DNA of 64,000 nucleotides, taken from the NCBI GenBank assembly GCA_000320545.1, contig ADNK01000583.1:31459-95458 (forward strand), in the 5' to 3' direction. Positions within the stretch are counted from its first letter, which is position 1; the number at the start of each line of letters is the position of its first letter. The stretch comes from Bigelowiella natans CCMP2755 (lineage: Eukaryota; Protista; Cercozoa). Of this stretch, positions 1 through 12,767 are shown in pieces. Below the pieces are notes generated by a model. It was not told the origin of the DNA. It did no database searches and saw nothing but the letters and a program-made list of their open reading frames with translations. The translations under genes and the position numbers were made by a program.

Positions 1-188
1 TGCATTTATATTCCGCACTACCCGCAGTACAAGCGTTGGAGTACTCATACTCGAACTGAACAGAATCCATTGGGAGATTCGACGATTCATCCTGAGAGGG
101 GGGGACGGACAACCCACAACAACCTCTCCAGTTGCAAACACTTTTGATGTGTGACTGATATAGGGTCGTACTTTACGAAGTACCTTTC

Positions 189-1088
189 ATGACTCTGAAG
201 CACTTTTGCTTGCCAACATCGACATCGTCTGTCGCTCGGAAGGCGGAGAAAACGGAAAAAGTGAAATGTCCTCCTTTCGCCTCTCTCACCATCTCCGTTC
301 CAGGGGCTACACATTTTGACCGCGAGAACCTCTCGCTGGTTAGTTTTGAGAAGCTTGGGAACGCTCTGGGCAATAATAATCGGAAGCAGCAGCAGCAGCA
401 GCAGCAACGTGTCCTCTACGTAGGGTGCGGTACTGGCGTGTTAGGACTGTTGGCATTACGCTTCAAGCTCTGCAGCTATGTGCATTTCTCAGATGTCAAC
501 ACAGAGGCCCTAGAGTCTGCACGTCGAAATGCACAGAATAATGGATACGAGGAGGGAAAACACTTCCGTGCGTCGATTTTCGACCTCAACAACAACGATC
601 ATCCTTTGAACAACTATCCCCCTACGAGTTGCCGATTTGACGTAATTCTATGCAATCCGCCGCAAATGCCAGGTCCTAAAGACCTAGGCTACCGACGTCC
701 CGACAAGTATGCAGGGAAAGATGGGATGCTTTATTATCGAAGGTTGGCATATCTGGCTGGGAAGCTCTCGCCGACTCCCCGTGTTGTTTTCATGCAAACG
801 AGTTTCTCTTCCTTCTCTGAGGTTGATAGAATATTTCATGACATCGCCCGCCTTCACGTGCGCACAGTACATGTACAGGAGAGAAAAGTTTCCATTAAAG
901 CAGTTTCTGCCCTTTGTTCCGGTCAATTCAGATGGTTGCATGACCTTCAAAAGGTGGGAACAGCCTGCTTCAAGAAAAAGGAGGACAGTGTCATATATTC
1001 GCAAAGACTCGCTGCTGCATCATCACATAAAAAAGATGCGTACAATACTCATGCAAGGGCTACTGCTAGGATCTCATCGTCCCTTTGA
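189..1088 (+). CDS. Class I SAM-dependent methyltransferase, HemK/MTS-like, apparently intronless
   Basis: 299-aa ORF with motif I-like VLYVGCGTG, acidic post-I SDVN..ALESARRNAQNNG, FDVILCNPPQ (an NPPY-type motif IV variant) and AGKDG (cf. HemK GGxDG). Confidence 0.8.
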   Translation: MTLKHFCLPTSTSSVARKAEKTEKVKCPPFASLTISVPGATHFDRENLSLVSFEKLGNALGNNNRKQQQQQQQRVLYVGCGTGVLGLLALRFKLCSYVHFSDVNTEALESARRNAQNNGYEEGKHFRASIFDLNNNDHPLNNYPPTSCRFDVILCNPPQMPGPKDLGYRRPDKYAGKDGMLYYRRLAYLAGKLSPTPRVVFMQTSFSSFSEVDRIFHDIARLHVRTVHVQERKVSIKAVSALCSGQFRWLHDLQKVGTACFKKKEDSVIYSQRLAAASSHKKDAYNTHARATARISSSL

Positions 1089-1217
1089 CATAGTAGAACG
1101 TAGAAACTCAGCGTCCGATTGTTGAAGTAGTTCAATCATGAATGTATTGTTCCACCATTTAGACAACAACCGCAATGTATTTCAATTATTTTGGCTTGCA
1201 CGCATTTAACTATGCTG

Positions 1218-1219
<2 letters not shown>

Positions 1220-1295
<76 letters not shown>
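1220..1295. repeat. Compound (CA)n(TA)n microsatellite, representative of dozens of (TA)n, (CA)n, (GA)n, (CAT)n, (GAG)n and (TAG)n tracts in the window
   Basis: Direct reading. Confidence 0.95.
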
Positions 1296-1302
<7 letters not shown>

Positions 1303-1431
1303 CGTATAATGTATAAATCCATGCGAGACGGATGTATGGAAATAATTACAATTTTTTTAATGGTCATCGTAGATGTAGCTATGCAAAGCGGCATGCTATG
1401 CATATATTTATATATGTATATACATACATGT

Positions 1432-1467
<36 letters not shown>

Positions 1468-2018
1468 CATAAGATAGTAGCTCATGTAGCAACATACATT
1501 GTGTCCACAACCTAGCACAGTGTATGTTGTGCGCCCCATCCATGTGTGAATTGTTGTGGGTTCTGATCGGTCAAAGATGCGAGCATAAAGTAGTTGGAAA
1601 TCGCTGCATCACTCAAAGTTCATGAGCGCACACATTGCAGACACTGCATGTTCCTGGCAATGATTTGGCAGCCAGCGGCCAGCGATTGTCCATCGTCACA
1701 CTAGTATCGCACATGTGCACAATGTATATAAGTGTAAGACGAATGTAATCAATCATATTAAATTTGTTCTATGGCCATCCTCATGTAGCTGTGCAATGCA
1801 GCGGAAATGATAAAGCATATGAAGCATCCGAATTCAGCGTGCATCGTTCCACATGCGTCTATGCTATATGCGTCACATGTTGTACGCAGAATCGAGCTAG
1901 TGTTGGATATTAATAATGATAAAAAACACGCACAGACGATGCTGCGCAAGACTGGAGTCGATTTGGACAATTATATATGCAATAAATACCAATGAATCTG
2001 ACATCAACAATAGCTCGT

Positions 2019-5000
2019 TCATTTTAAACCCAACTTTACAAATCTCATGTTGTCCATGAAATCTTTGAAAGATTCCATCAGGAAGACCTTTTTGCGATTT
2101 GTTTGTATACCGCCTTCCTGTTCCTCTATTTGCTGTTCATCTAGAAGCTTTCGAATCATTTTAGGGTGTCTTGGATCAACTTCCATCCATAATTCTCCTT
2201 ATTATATAGTGCAAGAAGAAAGCACCACATTTAGAGGAATACGGTGTCAGTCACTCAGCATATAAAAGCTCACAAAAAAATATATTTACCAACCCACTCC
2301 CCCCCCTCACCCCTCTTCTCTCTCTCTCCCGCCCTCTTTAAATAACTGGAGGGAGGGAGAGAGAGAGAGAGAGAGAGAGAGGCAAACACACTCCTTACAA
2401 TACACATTCTTAAAAAAAAAAACACCCTCTGCTGATAATATCTATTGTTAGGCATACAATTCTCCTCCTTCACATAGGGCAGAAGAGTTCATGTCCATCA
2501 AACTTTTTTGGGTCATGATATGATGATTTGTGCTTGGTAACACACACGCACACGCACACACACACGCACACACACACGCACACACACGCGCACGCGCACC
2601 ACCCACATAGGCAATGCTAACAAACGATGCTAGGACGACGATGACGATTTTTGATATTGTTCTTAATACTAATCTCTACCCTGCTCGTTTAAAAGATCGG
2701 GAGTCTTCTCTATTATGTCTGTGATCAAATCCATGCCTTGGGGGGGTAAGGAGGAGGGAGGAAAGAGGAGGAGGGAACGTATGGTGGAAAGTGAGAAGAG
2801 TGAGTGATAGATAGCCGTGAGCGGTGTTCTCATCATCATGTCTATGTCATCAAAGTATTCCATCGCTGAACAATCATGTATTACAAGCCAATATATTCGC
2901 AACATACAATTACATACAAAAGATACAAATGCTGAAGTGCAGGTATGATATCCACAAACACGTATACACAAAGAATAGAGAGAAGTCGTGCGTGTGTATG
3001 TATGTGCATTTTAAACAAGTACAAAGCAATGGAGTCCCCTAAAGAACGCAGAAGAATGAGCAGGTGCGAGTAATATAAGACTAAATAGCGAATATATCTG
3101 AATCTCGACTACTCGCAGAAGATAAACCATTGCTGCTGCTGTCAAATGGCTGCTATCGTCTCGTCATCATCTATCATATTTTCCTACCTTCTTTTCCACC
3201 ATCCAAGGCTCTGTGGTCTTCATGATCCTTCATAGTAAGTACGACAAATCAATCATATATCGTACTATTTCTGGTCTTGACCCGTCATCTTTCTTGCGCC
3301 AACTATTACCGGTGGCGCTCATTCACATTATTACATACATGCTTCATTTGTAGGTGATATTGAAGATAGGAGTCAAACCACAGCTTTATTATTAGTTGGT
3401 GCAAGCAAAGCTAACCATTCCCTCCCTTCCTTCCTCCTCCAAAGCATTAGATGACCAACAGCCACCTTTACAACAGACTCTAGCATGTGCACTTCGTCGG
3501 TGGGGATATAAGGCGGGTTGGACACTATTAAGTCGTATCTTTGTTCCGGCTGCCTTAATTCCTCGCCACCCCCCTCAAATCTTTGGCAGAACTCAGCGAA
3601 GGCGATGCACTCCACCTTCAATGCATGCATATTAAGCCCAGGATGGATGGGTGACTCTCAATCACAGATATTTATGTAACACAAGAGCAATGTAAGCAGT
3701 GTGATAACATTATGATTCCAGGAAAAACGCACAGGATTTGCTCGAGGTTTTGTCGCTTATATAATATTCAATGCTAGTATTACCGTTGTGAAATTTGCTA
3801 GCCCGAACATTTCAGCGTTCTCGACGGTCAACTGCGGCGCAATACGATTGGCCATGAATCAAACGTATGGTGTGTGAAAGGATTATGATGACGACGTATA
3901 TTGATTGTGGTGAGGTCAGTAACACCGGTAGTAGCAGATGGATCAATCAATCAATCAATCAATCACCTTAGCGGCTACATCGGAGAGATCGATAGCAGTA
4001 AGATGTACGTGTTGGATCTTAGTGGCATGCACCCAGCTGTGTAAAATTGCCAAACCTGAACAATACGAATTAGCTTGTGAGGGTAAAACAACTATAATCA
4101 AGGTACGCTATTAAGTAATCGCCTTCATATTATGAGGGTAAAACAACTATAATCAAGTTACGCTATTAAGTAATCGCCTTCATATTAGGAGACTACTGGT
4201 TCAACCTGCTGCTAGGAGCAGCCAACAAATATTACCACGGCTAGTACTACAACTTTTAATACTTCAGACTGCTCATTTTACCAAGTGCGCCAGTTCCAGA
4301 GCCAATCTGGCAACACCATCAGCCAGCAAAAGAAGGGGGAGGAGGTAGGGTGAGAACACGACAGCATAATGGTACGGATAGGCAAAAGATAATATGACAA
4401 GAAAAGGACATTAGCATAGCCAGACAATGTCAAATGCTGCAGGGATGCACAACCCTGCCCTAAAGAGCACACAAGGGAAGAGAGAGGGAACAACGTACTT
4501 CCAAGACTCTGAACGTCGTCGGCGATGAAGATGACGATTCTTCCGCAAGCTGTTACAGTTATCATTTTAGAAACATGCAGTGTACAATAAAAGGTTTTCT
4601 TGTAGTATTTCATGATAAACGATGTCCTTATCGCCATTTCTGTTACCATGAGAATAATCGATAAGTTGTTATTGGTGTTACTCTGGAGTGGTATTCTGAG
4701 ATAATCATCTGGGCTAGTTCCTCCGTCTCTGGTCTTGGACAAAGACAAGGCCGTCTGATCCGTATTCCCTGCAAGAGAACAAATAATACTCAACCAATAC
4801 AACGAATACTAATTTCAGTCATCATTTTGGCAAAGCTGCCAAAACCACCATCACCACCACCACCACCACCTTGAGGTCGAGGAAATCCCATTCACCAATG
4901 ATGTATTGGAGAGGCGTCTGACGACAGAGCCGTTCCTCCAAAGCTTTATTGAGAATGGTGATAAAATTTTCTCGCTTTTTCTTCTCATCTTCCCATTTGT

Positions 5001-5541
5001 TCACTCTTTCGATGGTATTATCAATAATGCCTTCCTGATCATCTTCCCCCCGTACCCCTCCTCCTCCTCCTCCTCCTCCTCCTCCTCCTCCTCCTCCTCC
5101 TCCTCCTCCTCCTCCTCCTCCTCCTCTCCATGAGTAGCTCGAATCAACTCCTGATGACATTCGACGTGCATACTGAACGAGTTCCTTAGCAATCATGCGC
5201 GCTTCGCCTTCACTCTCACCGGAAGCAACTAGTCGTTCATATGCTGCAACTTTCTCAGAATCAAATATGTCATCATCTTGCATCTCATTTCTGTCCTGGC
5301 TTCGAACAAATGTGGTGGCATGCATAAAGGAGCGGTGGTGCGGCGGCATGTCCGCCGAAGTTTTCCTCAGACCAATCCTAGCTGCATTGAAGTTAAGAAT
5401 TCTCTTTCGTGTCACTGTTGGTACGTGCAGCTGTCGAGTGCAAGGGGAGGTAACTTTTCGCTGCGAAGCTATTCGTGTTCTGCTAGCAATCTCTTGCAAC
5501 GTGGCCATCAGTAGCATGGTCCGTGGCAGCGCGGAAGCCAT
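2019..5541 (-). CDS. hemK: Release factor glutamine methyltransferase HemK/PrmC family, probably organellar, about 10 exons
   Basis: Spliced motifs: TPLQYIIGEWDF (exon 1, ends 4871) / CPRPETEELA (~4690-4770) / RVLE / IGSGTGAL / AIDLSDVA / LTVENA / YDLIVSNPPYIP (~3470-3615) / HEDHRALDGGKE / GMDLI / ELWMEVDP...KDFMDNMRFVKL, stop at 2019-2021. The N-terminus is Arg/Ser/Thr-rich like a transit peptide. Confidence 0.9.
4078..4187. repeat. 55-bp direct tandem duplication inside a hemK intron
   Basis: tgagggtaaaacaactataatcaag(g/t)tacgctattaagtaatcgccttcatatta occurs twice with period 55. Confidence 0.95.
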
Positions 5542-6223
5542 TACCTCAGCAACTCCTCTTGTTTATATTTTACACGTTATAGCCACCAGTCCATCAGGGT
5601 TGTGATGGAAGTAGTTTGTTGTGCTATGATGCCCCCCCCTGCCCACCTTCTTCGGCCTTTCTGTATCCGACACGAAGAGAACTAATTCAGACATAAGATG
5701 TGTTGTTTGTGATTGCGAAACTCGAAATACCAGAATTTGATGAAATTTTTTCGAATATTTTCAATCTAAATATTGTCGTATAATATAAATCAGAATCTTT
5801 TCGTGATATGAAGAAAAAAGAGTGTTGGTTCTATTCACAGACACAATCATCCCAGTATTATCTAAATATTATTATCCAAATACTGAATTTCATTTGGTGG
5901 TTATTGTTGTGGTTTTCTGGTATCAGATTTATCGTTGGTGGTAATGTACAGCATTTCAATTCAGATGTTATATCGATTAAAATATGACTAATACATTCTT
6001 ATTTGCAGAACAATTAGCCAACAACAATCGAGAAAGAAGGTGGAAAAAGACACACAGCTTCCCGCCAATTCTGTGCTTCAATGCCCCTCCTCGTGCCCCC
6101 TCAGCCGGAAGCACGGATAGAATGAGCGGTGAAAAAGATTTGTGGGTGGGGTGACCAAGTTCGCAATTATAAGTTGGATCCCGGCAATGAAGCAGCCGTT
6201 GTAGGCAAGCTGGTTTCTAATTC

Positions 6224-7082
6224 ATGTTTATCAGCGCCTCCTCAGCTTCGAACGCTGCACGCACAGCTCCTCAGACTCGCCGTCCTGTGTGTCGTATTAG
6301 CTGTCCCAAATCATCGTCCAACCTATCTCTCTCCCCTTCTTCCTCTTCCCTGTTAACAAACTTGCTCGCTCTGTGCATCATACTAGTGGCCGCAGCTTGT
6401 TGTTATGTATTGCCTCAATACGAACGCTATCAGGTATGTTATCGTGTTTACGATCTAGATACGGACTTCATCTTTACGACGAGTTACGCATGTTTCAACA
6501 GTTTCAGACCAATCTCAAGATGGCAGCTGTTAGTGCTCAGGGCCCGTCATCAGTAGCAACAACACTGCATGAGTGCGGTGCTTGCTTCGGCGACCTTTGC
6601 TCCAAGCAGCAAGCTCTTTTGGTACGTCTATTTTGACGATGTTTTTTTCAGATCGAAACACGATCAATCAATATTATATGTGCCAACAATTAAGGTCCAT
6701 TACGATCCCAAAACAAAGACGTTGGAGAAGGTAGATAGGCGTGTGTGCTTGTAGATGTAAAAACTATATTGAAGCATTGTAAGCATTCCAATGAACGACC
6801 ATCTCCATTTATGAAAATGCACCGACATGCTACCCCCTCCCCCAAATACATTATGCTGTGTCTATGTGTGTCTGATTGTGTGTGTGTGTATTCCAGAATG
6901 TTGTCCTCCATTGTTTCCTAGCCTTATTTGTGAGAAATATTCCCTCTAATAACCCTCCTTTCTACTTCTCTGCCGTTCCTTCCTCAATTTCTGTACTCCT
7001 CCTGTGCTGTAGTGCTGCAACCATATAATCCATGCGGAGTGTGGTCGTCTTTTGCTACCGAATCATAACCTAAATCGGGTAA

Positions 7083-7120
<38 letters not shown>

Positions 7121-7719
7121 TACATTTGTATATAAATATGGAGACAGAAAAATAAGCGATCATGCCGAACACTGCTGTGTGTTTGTTACATCATGCTTAC
7201 AAGCACAGCCTTGTATGCTAAAAGCTGCGATGAAAATGTCAGCCACTGGTGTGATTGCTCCTTAAACTATTGATGAACCAGGTTGTTCCCCCTCCTGGGC
7301 TCTTTTACAACAAATGTCCTCGTTGCACCGCCACATTCTCCGACCTCTTGCTGCTACCGAATGCAAGATCGGACCCATCGCTTTTCTTACACTCACTCGT
7401 TCTGGATAAAACCAATGTAACAACGGAAATAAATTAAGGCCTAACAGATGCCATGCAATAATACTCAAAACCCTATATTTCCTCCTCCTCCTCCTCATTG
7501 TGCCTCCTTCTTGTGTTCCCCCCCCCCCCTTGTTTAAAGCGAGTTGGTGTGGCAGAACTCACAGAGGCTATTCAAAGCACGGTATACACTCGCTTCGTTG
7601 ACAATAAATACTTACGAATGCTCACCACAACCACAAACATCCTACTTTTTTGTGTATTTATCAACAAGGGGTGAGAGGGGGGAAAGGGATCAGCAGCACA
7701 GAAATACGGGTTGTTTGGG

Positions 7720-7772
<53 letters not shown>

Positions 7773-8943
7773 TCTTAGAGAGGAGGAACATCGTAATTAC
7801 GATCCTATCATCGTCCTCCCCCTCCTCCTCCTCCCCCCCCTCCTCCTCCTCATCATCATCATCATCATCATCATCACCATTACAATCATCTTTATGATAG
7901 TATGGTTCACTTCCTCGTCATCAATGTGATAATTTAAATGATGATGATGTTAACATCGATCGGCAGTTGGATGGTGTGGACCTGCAAAGACTTGGCAGAG
8001 CTCTCAAAGATTCCTTTCCGTCATTGACATTATCATCATCATCATCATCGTCGTCGTCACAATCTGTAGCAGAGAAAACCAAAGCAGAGGTAGGAGGCAG
8101 GAAGAATGGCTCCGAGGGCAGCAGCATCCTCATGCCCACCATCACTGCCAACAAGGACAAAAAAGCTAAGAAGAATAGCCGGATAAAGAAGAAGAAGAAA
8201 AAGAAGAAGATGACAGCAATGACCACAACAGCGTTAGCAGTAAAGGGGGGAGATGATGAGGAGGAGGATGAGGACGAGGACAACGATGGCGACGATGGGG
8301 AGGAGGGTGGTGCTAAAGCAGCAGCAGCTGCTGCAGTAACAACTGGTGATGGTGATGAGGAAGGAAACGGTGGAGATCAAGACAGAGATAACATCAACGC
8401 AACTATCCCCTCCCTACCACTGAAAGCTCTTGCAAGGGAATTGCCCAGGATCTTAAACTTCTCCATCACCCCCTCCTCATCTTCTGAATCCAAGTAGTAA
8501 GTTACAAGCGTAGTAGTGCACACAGCAGCAGCGTCTTTTGGGATTAGAAAGGCGGAAAGAGGAAATGATAACGCCTAATCAGGAAGAAAAAAAAGGGGGG
8601 GGGGGGAGGAGGAGGAGAAGGAGGAAGAAGAGGATACTTTATTTACATTGTTGCACACATACATCATTGTAACCATCATCAGCTTCTTCATTAAGATGTG
8701 ATCCTCTCATTTGCACTCTTCATAAGATGTGATCCTCTCATTTGCACCACGTGTGTTGTATTAGTGTCGGTCCTTCATCTTCTTCATCATCTTCATCTTC
8801 TCTACGTGCTGTTCTCACCAATTGGCCTCCCAGAGGCCATGCGACACAAGACGTACGACTTCTAATAACACTTCGGCAGATGGGGGAATGGGGAGGAGGG
8901 GTGGTTGGTGAGCTTATATGTGCGTGTGATGACCACCTAATAT

Positions 8944-8988
<45 letters not shown>

Positions 8989-9048
8989 TGAATTGTCTTT
9001 ATTCAATATGCGTGTGTGTATGTGTGTGCGTATCGCTCTTCCTCCCCT

Positions 9049-9083
<35 letters not shown>

Positions 9084-9627
9084 CTCCTCTTCTAAGGCAA
9101 TTCGAGCAATGCTGCGAGGAATGTTTCATGATCGATTTTCTGGGCGTCACCTCTTGGAAGCAAGGTTGGTGTTTGCTTTCGTTGGTGTAAAAAGTAGTAG
9201 TGAAAAGCAGCAGCAGCAGGAGGAGGAGGAGGAGGAGGAGAGTAATACTGTAGTCATGGTGATGGCCAATCTGATGATTCTCGTCTTATTCTCCCAGCGA
9301 TGTTTTCACTCACGCTTTGCTTCTATACTCTCCTTCTTCTTCTTCTCCTTCTTCTTCTTCATTTGGGCGCTGATCGATCATCAGGCGCAATTTGTCAATC
9401 TTATTCGGCAATTCTGGTGGTGATTGATAGAGAGATAATATAGTAGCAGAGGCATCAATGCAACAATTGCATGTCATATCACACGAGAAACCACGACAAC
9501 GACAACGATGATGATAATGATGATGATGATGATGATGATGATAATGATGATGATGATGATAATGATGATGATGATGGCAAGATGCCCCTTTCATTAAATT
9601 CAACAGCGGAAGGAAAAGCCGTTTATG

Positions 9628-9664
<37 letters not shown>

Positions 9665-9983
9665 TACTACTAAGAACAGCAAGCAGTAGCATCAACACCA
9701 ACACCATCTACAAACATCATCATCATCATCATCAACAACAACAACAACAATAACAATTTCACCATCTCTTTATAACCCAGCAAGCACTTACAATATTCAG
9801 ATCGAGTGTCGCCTTCTGCAGCCTTGCAAGCATCTGCGAACATCCCCCGCCCTACCCCTCCCTCCTCAAGAACTGCAAGTAAAACTCTTTCAGCCGGTGA
9901 TGAGGATCAGCATACAGCGACAGTGTCGGAAACGCAAATGCGCCATCGTCCACAAACGGAGAGAGGTAGTGATTATTCCTATT

Positions 9984-10015
<32 letters not shown>

Positions 10016-10890
10016 TTATCTTGGTTCACCATCATTATCATTATCCAGCAGCAAGGGAACGACAAGAGAACAACCCAAAAGAAGAACGAAGGACATCAAC
10101 ATCATCATCATCATCTACTAGTCCTGGTCTTTTGCGAGTCTCTCTGCCCGCATCGACTATCTCATCCAATACCACCACCACCACCACCACCACCACAACT
10201 ACTGCTACTACTAGTGAGAGAAATTTGACCAGCAGCAGCAGCAGCAGCAATAGCAACAACAACAAGAGAACTGGGCTTGGTGTTGATGATGATGATCAAA
10301 GACGGTCAAAGGATGCTAACGGAATCAACAAGAAGAACAATCTCGCATCTTTCTTTTCCACGTCATTTCTCTGGATGATAGGCCACAAAGGAAATGATAG
10401 TCATCATCATCATCATCATCATCATCATCACCGTCATCATCATTTGCTCCGTCCTCAGGGAACAAACAGCAGCTCTTTCCGCCGTTATTTACACCTATCT
10501 CCTTTTTCTTCTTCTTCTTCTTTAAGAGGAACTACTCCCTCCTCCCTCTTGTCCCTCTTCGGTTTCTTCAGCCATCTCACGCTGCCGGCATCACCATCAT
10601 CGATGATTTCAGCAGCACCAGCAGCAGCACCCGGAAAAGAGAATGACGATGATGATAATGATGATAATGACGCCCCTGTTATTATACGAGCATCATCACC
10701 ACAACCATCACCTCTTCCTCATCCCCCCCCCCCACCACAAGCTTCATCGTTGTCAGCAATGTCGTCATCGTCGTCATCGTCGTCATCACTACCAGCAGCA
10801 GTACGGGTTGCAGTTGAATCATCATTTGCTCCTTTACCACGACTGATGACAATGCCAACGATCATTCCCCAGTTCCGAGGCAGGAGTCGC

Positions 10891-10922
<32 letters not shown>

Positions 10923-11225
10923 CATCTGGAGGATGATGGGCAGTAGCAGTAGTACTGCTGATTCTGCTGCTGCCCTTCGTCGCCGACGCCATCATCGCCA
11001 TTACTACGTGAATCTGCTTCAATACGCGCTGCAGATGATGAGGGGAAGCAAAAAGAACTCGTCTTCTGTCATCAAGCACTCCGATAATGATGATAATGAT
11101 GACGATGATGACGATGATGATGATGACGAAGATGGCGATGAAGATGATGTTAAGGATGCTGACAACAGTACGACGTTCAAAAGAAAAAAGGCGGGTGATG
11201 ATACTACTGCTACTGCTACTTCTAT

Positions 11226-11256
<31 letters not shown>

Positions 11257-12225
11257 GAACGTGCAACAAAGCAGCTTTCGACAACAGATAACGAGAAGGA
11301 TGATGTGTTGGATAGAAGAAACGATACTTGTTTGGATAGGAAAATCAGCAATGGAAAGGCTGCTCAAAGCAACAGACCATGGTTCAAGATAGCATCATTA
11401 TCATCATCACCATCATCCTCCTCCTCCTCCTCCTTCTCCTTGATTTCATCGTTCCCGTTAATTCGTCGCATGCTTGATGGAGCTCGAGGTGACATCCATA
11501 GAACTATCGGCTCTATTGCCATGGGTATCAGAAGCAGCTCGGAAAAGGGAACAAGAAGAAGTAGTAGAACAAGAAGTAGAGCCATCATCGAGATGCTCCA
11601 GAGTAGGCGCAACAGGACGGAATCTTTATCGTCATCTTCATTATCATCACCATTAACATCATTATTGCCGTGGTCACCATTGTTCCACACGGCAATGAGG
11701 AAGAGGAAGATGAGCAGCAGCAGTAGTAGCAGTAGTAGCAGTAGTAGCAGTAGTAGCAGTAACATCGAAGAAGAAGAAGAAGAAGATTCCTCTGGATCAG
11801 GCAGCAAAAGGACCGAGTTCAAAGCAGCCAAAGGTCTGCTTTATGATAATGATGATGGTGATGATAATGATGACGGCGACGATGAATGAAAACAACCAAT
11901 TGTACCTTACGTGCGAGCCATTTGTTCATTAACCATTTGTAATTGCAACAGAAGAAGTTAGTCCATCGCTTCTCGTGTCCTTTTTCCTCCTATTTTAATC
12001 TCTCCTCATAGTCATCATCTTTTCTCCTCCTCCTCATCCACCTCCTCCTCCTCCTCGTCGTCCCATATTTACATAGATATGCTTGGAAGGAGAAGAACGA
12101 CGATGTGGCGTCATGGTACTACTGATGTAGGTGTTGCATTGCTCATTATCAGTACACAGTGAGCAGCATCCATTGTTCCTCTCATTCTCTCCCCTCTCCC
12201 CAGCTGCCACAACCACCACTACCAG

Positions 12226-12269
<44 letters not shown>

Positions 12270-12767
12270 ATGATGAGATGATAACAGCATCTTTACGACT
12301 TCAGTTTACTCTGCCGAAGGTGCTCGTGGGGTTGGCGTTGTCTTTGGAACAGCACCAAAAAACCTTACGTTTGCAAACAGTATCTCCATGTCAACAAGGT
12401 CTAAGCACTTCAATATCACTTCCCACATCGATGGCAAGGGTTGGCGAAATCAACTGATTTCATGCTTTGCCACCTTGTGACTTTCGCCTACAACTGTACT
12501 ATTACGCGGATTAAATCATATACACATATCGTTTATGTGTTTTAGAGTGGGTGTGCTCGTGTGCGTGTGTCATCGTTGCTCAACATTGTATTCGATTAAT
12601 ACTTGCCTTATATGTTCACCTCTTACTTCAGGATGTCAATATGGTTGGTGCGCGCGATGAAACGACGTTTGGGACACACGTACGATGTTAGCTATAACTC
12701 ATTACGACGGAGACAGCGGCAGCGGAGAAGTGGGCCAGAATCTTCGAAGAAAAATAGCGCACTTTGA
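6224..12767 (+). CDS. Multi-exon RING-H2 zinc finger protein (putative E3 ligase) with a long low-complexity C-terminal region; start and single-gene status uncertain
   Basis: Phase-0 splicing gives HECGAC-FGDLCSKQQALL|VHYDPKTKTLEK|CCNHIIHAEC-GRLLLPNHNLNR|VVPPPGLFYNKCPRC, i.e. C-x2-C...C-x-H-x2-H-x2-C...C-x2-C (6574-7326). Downstream exons at ~7960-8495, ~9095-9420 and 9800-11833, then phase-compatible exons to TGA at 12765-12767. Confidence 0.55.
8686..8747. repeat. Short tandem duplication (~31 bp), intronic
   Basis: taagatgtgatcctctcatttgcac occurs twice. Confidence 0.85.

Noticed and set aside
10041-11831. Poly-Leu/Val minus-strand ORFs resembling membrane proteins
   Set aside because: Reverse-frame translations of trinucleotide microsatellites.
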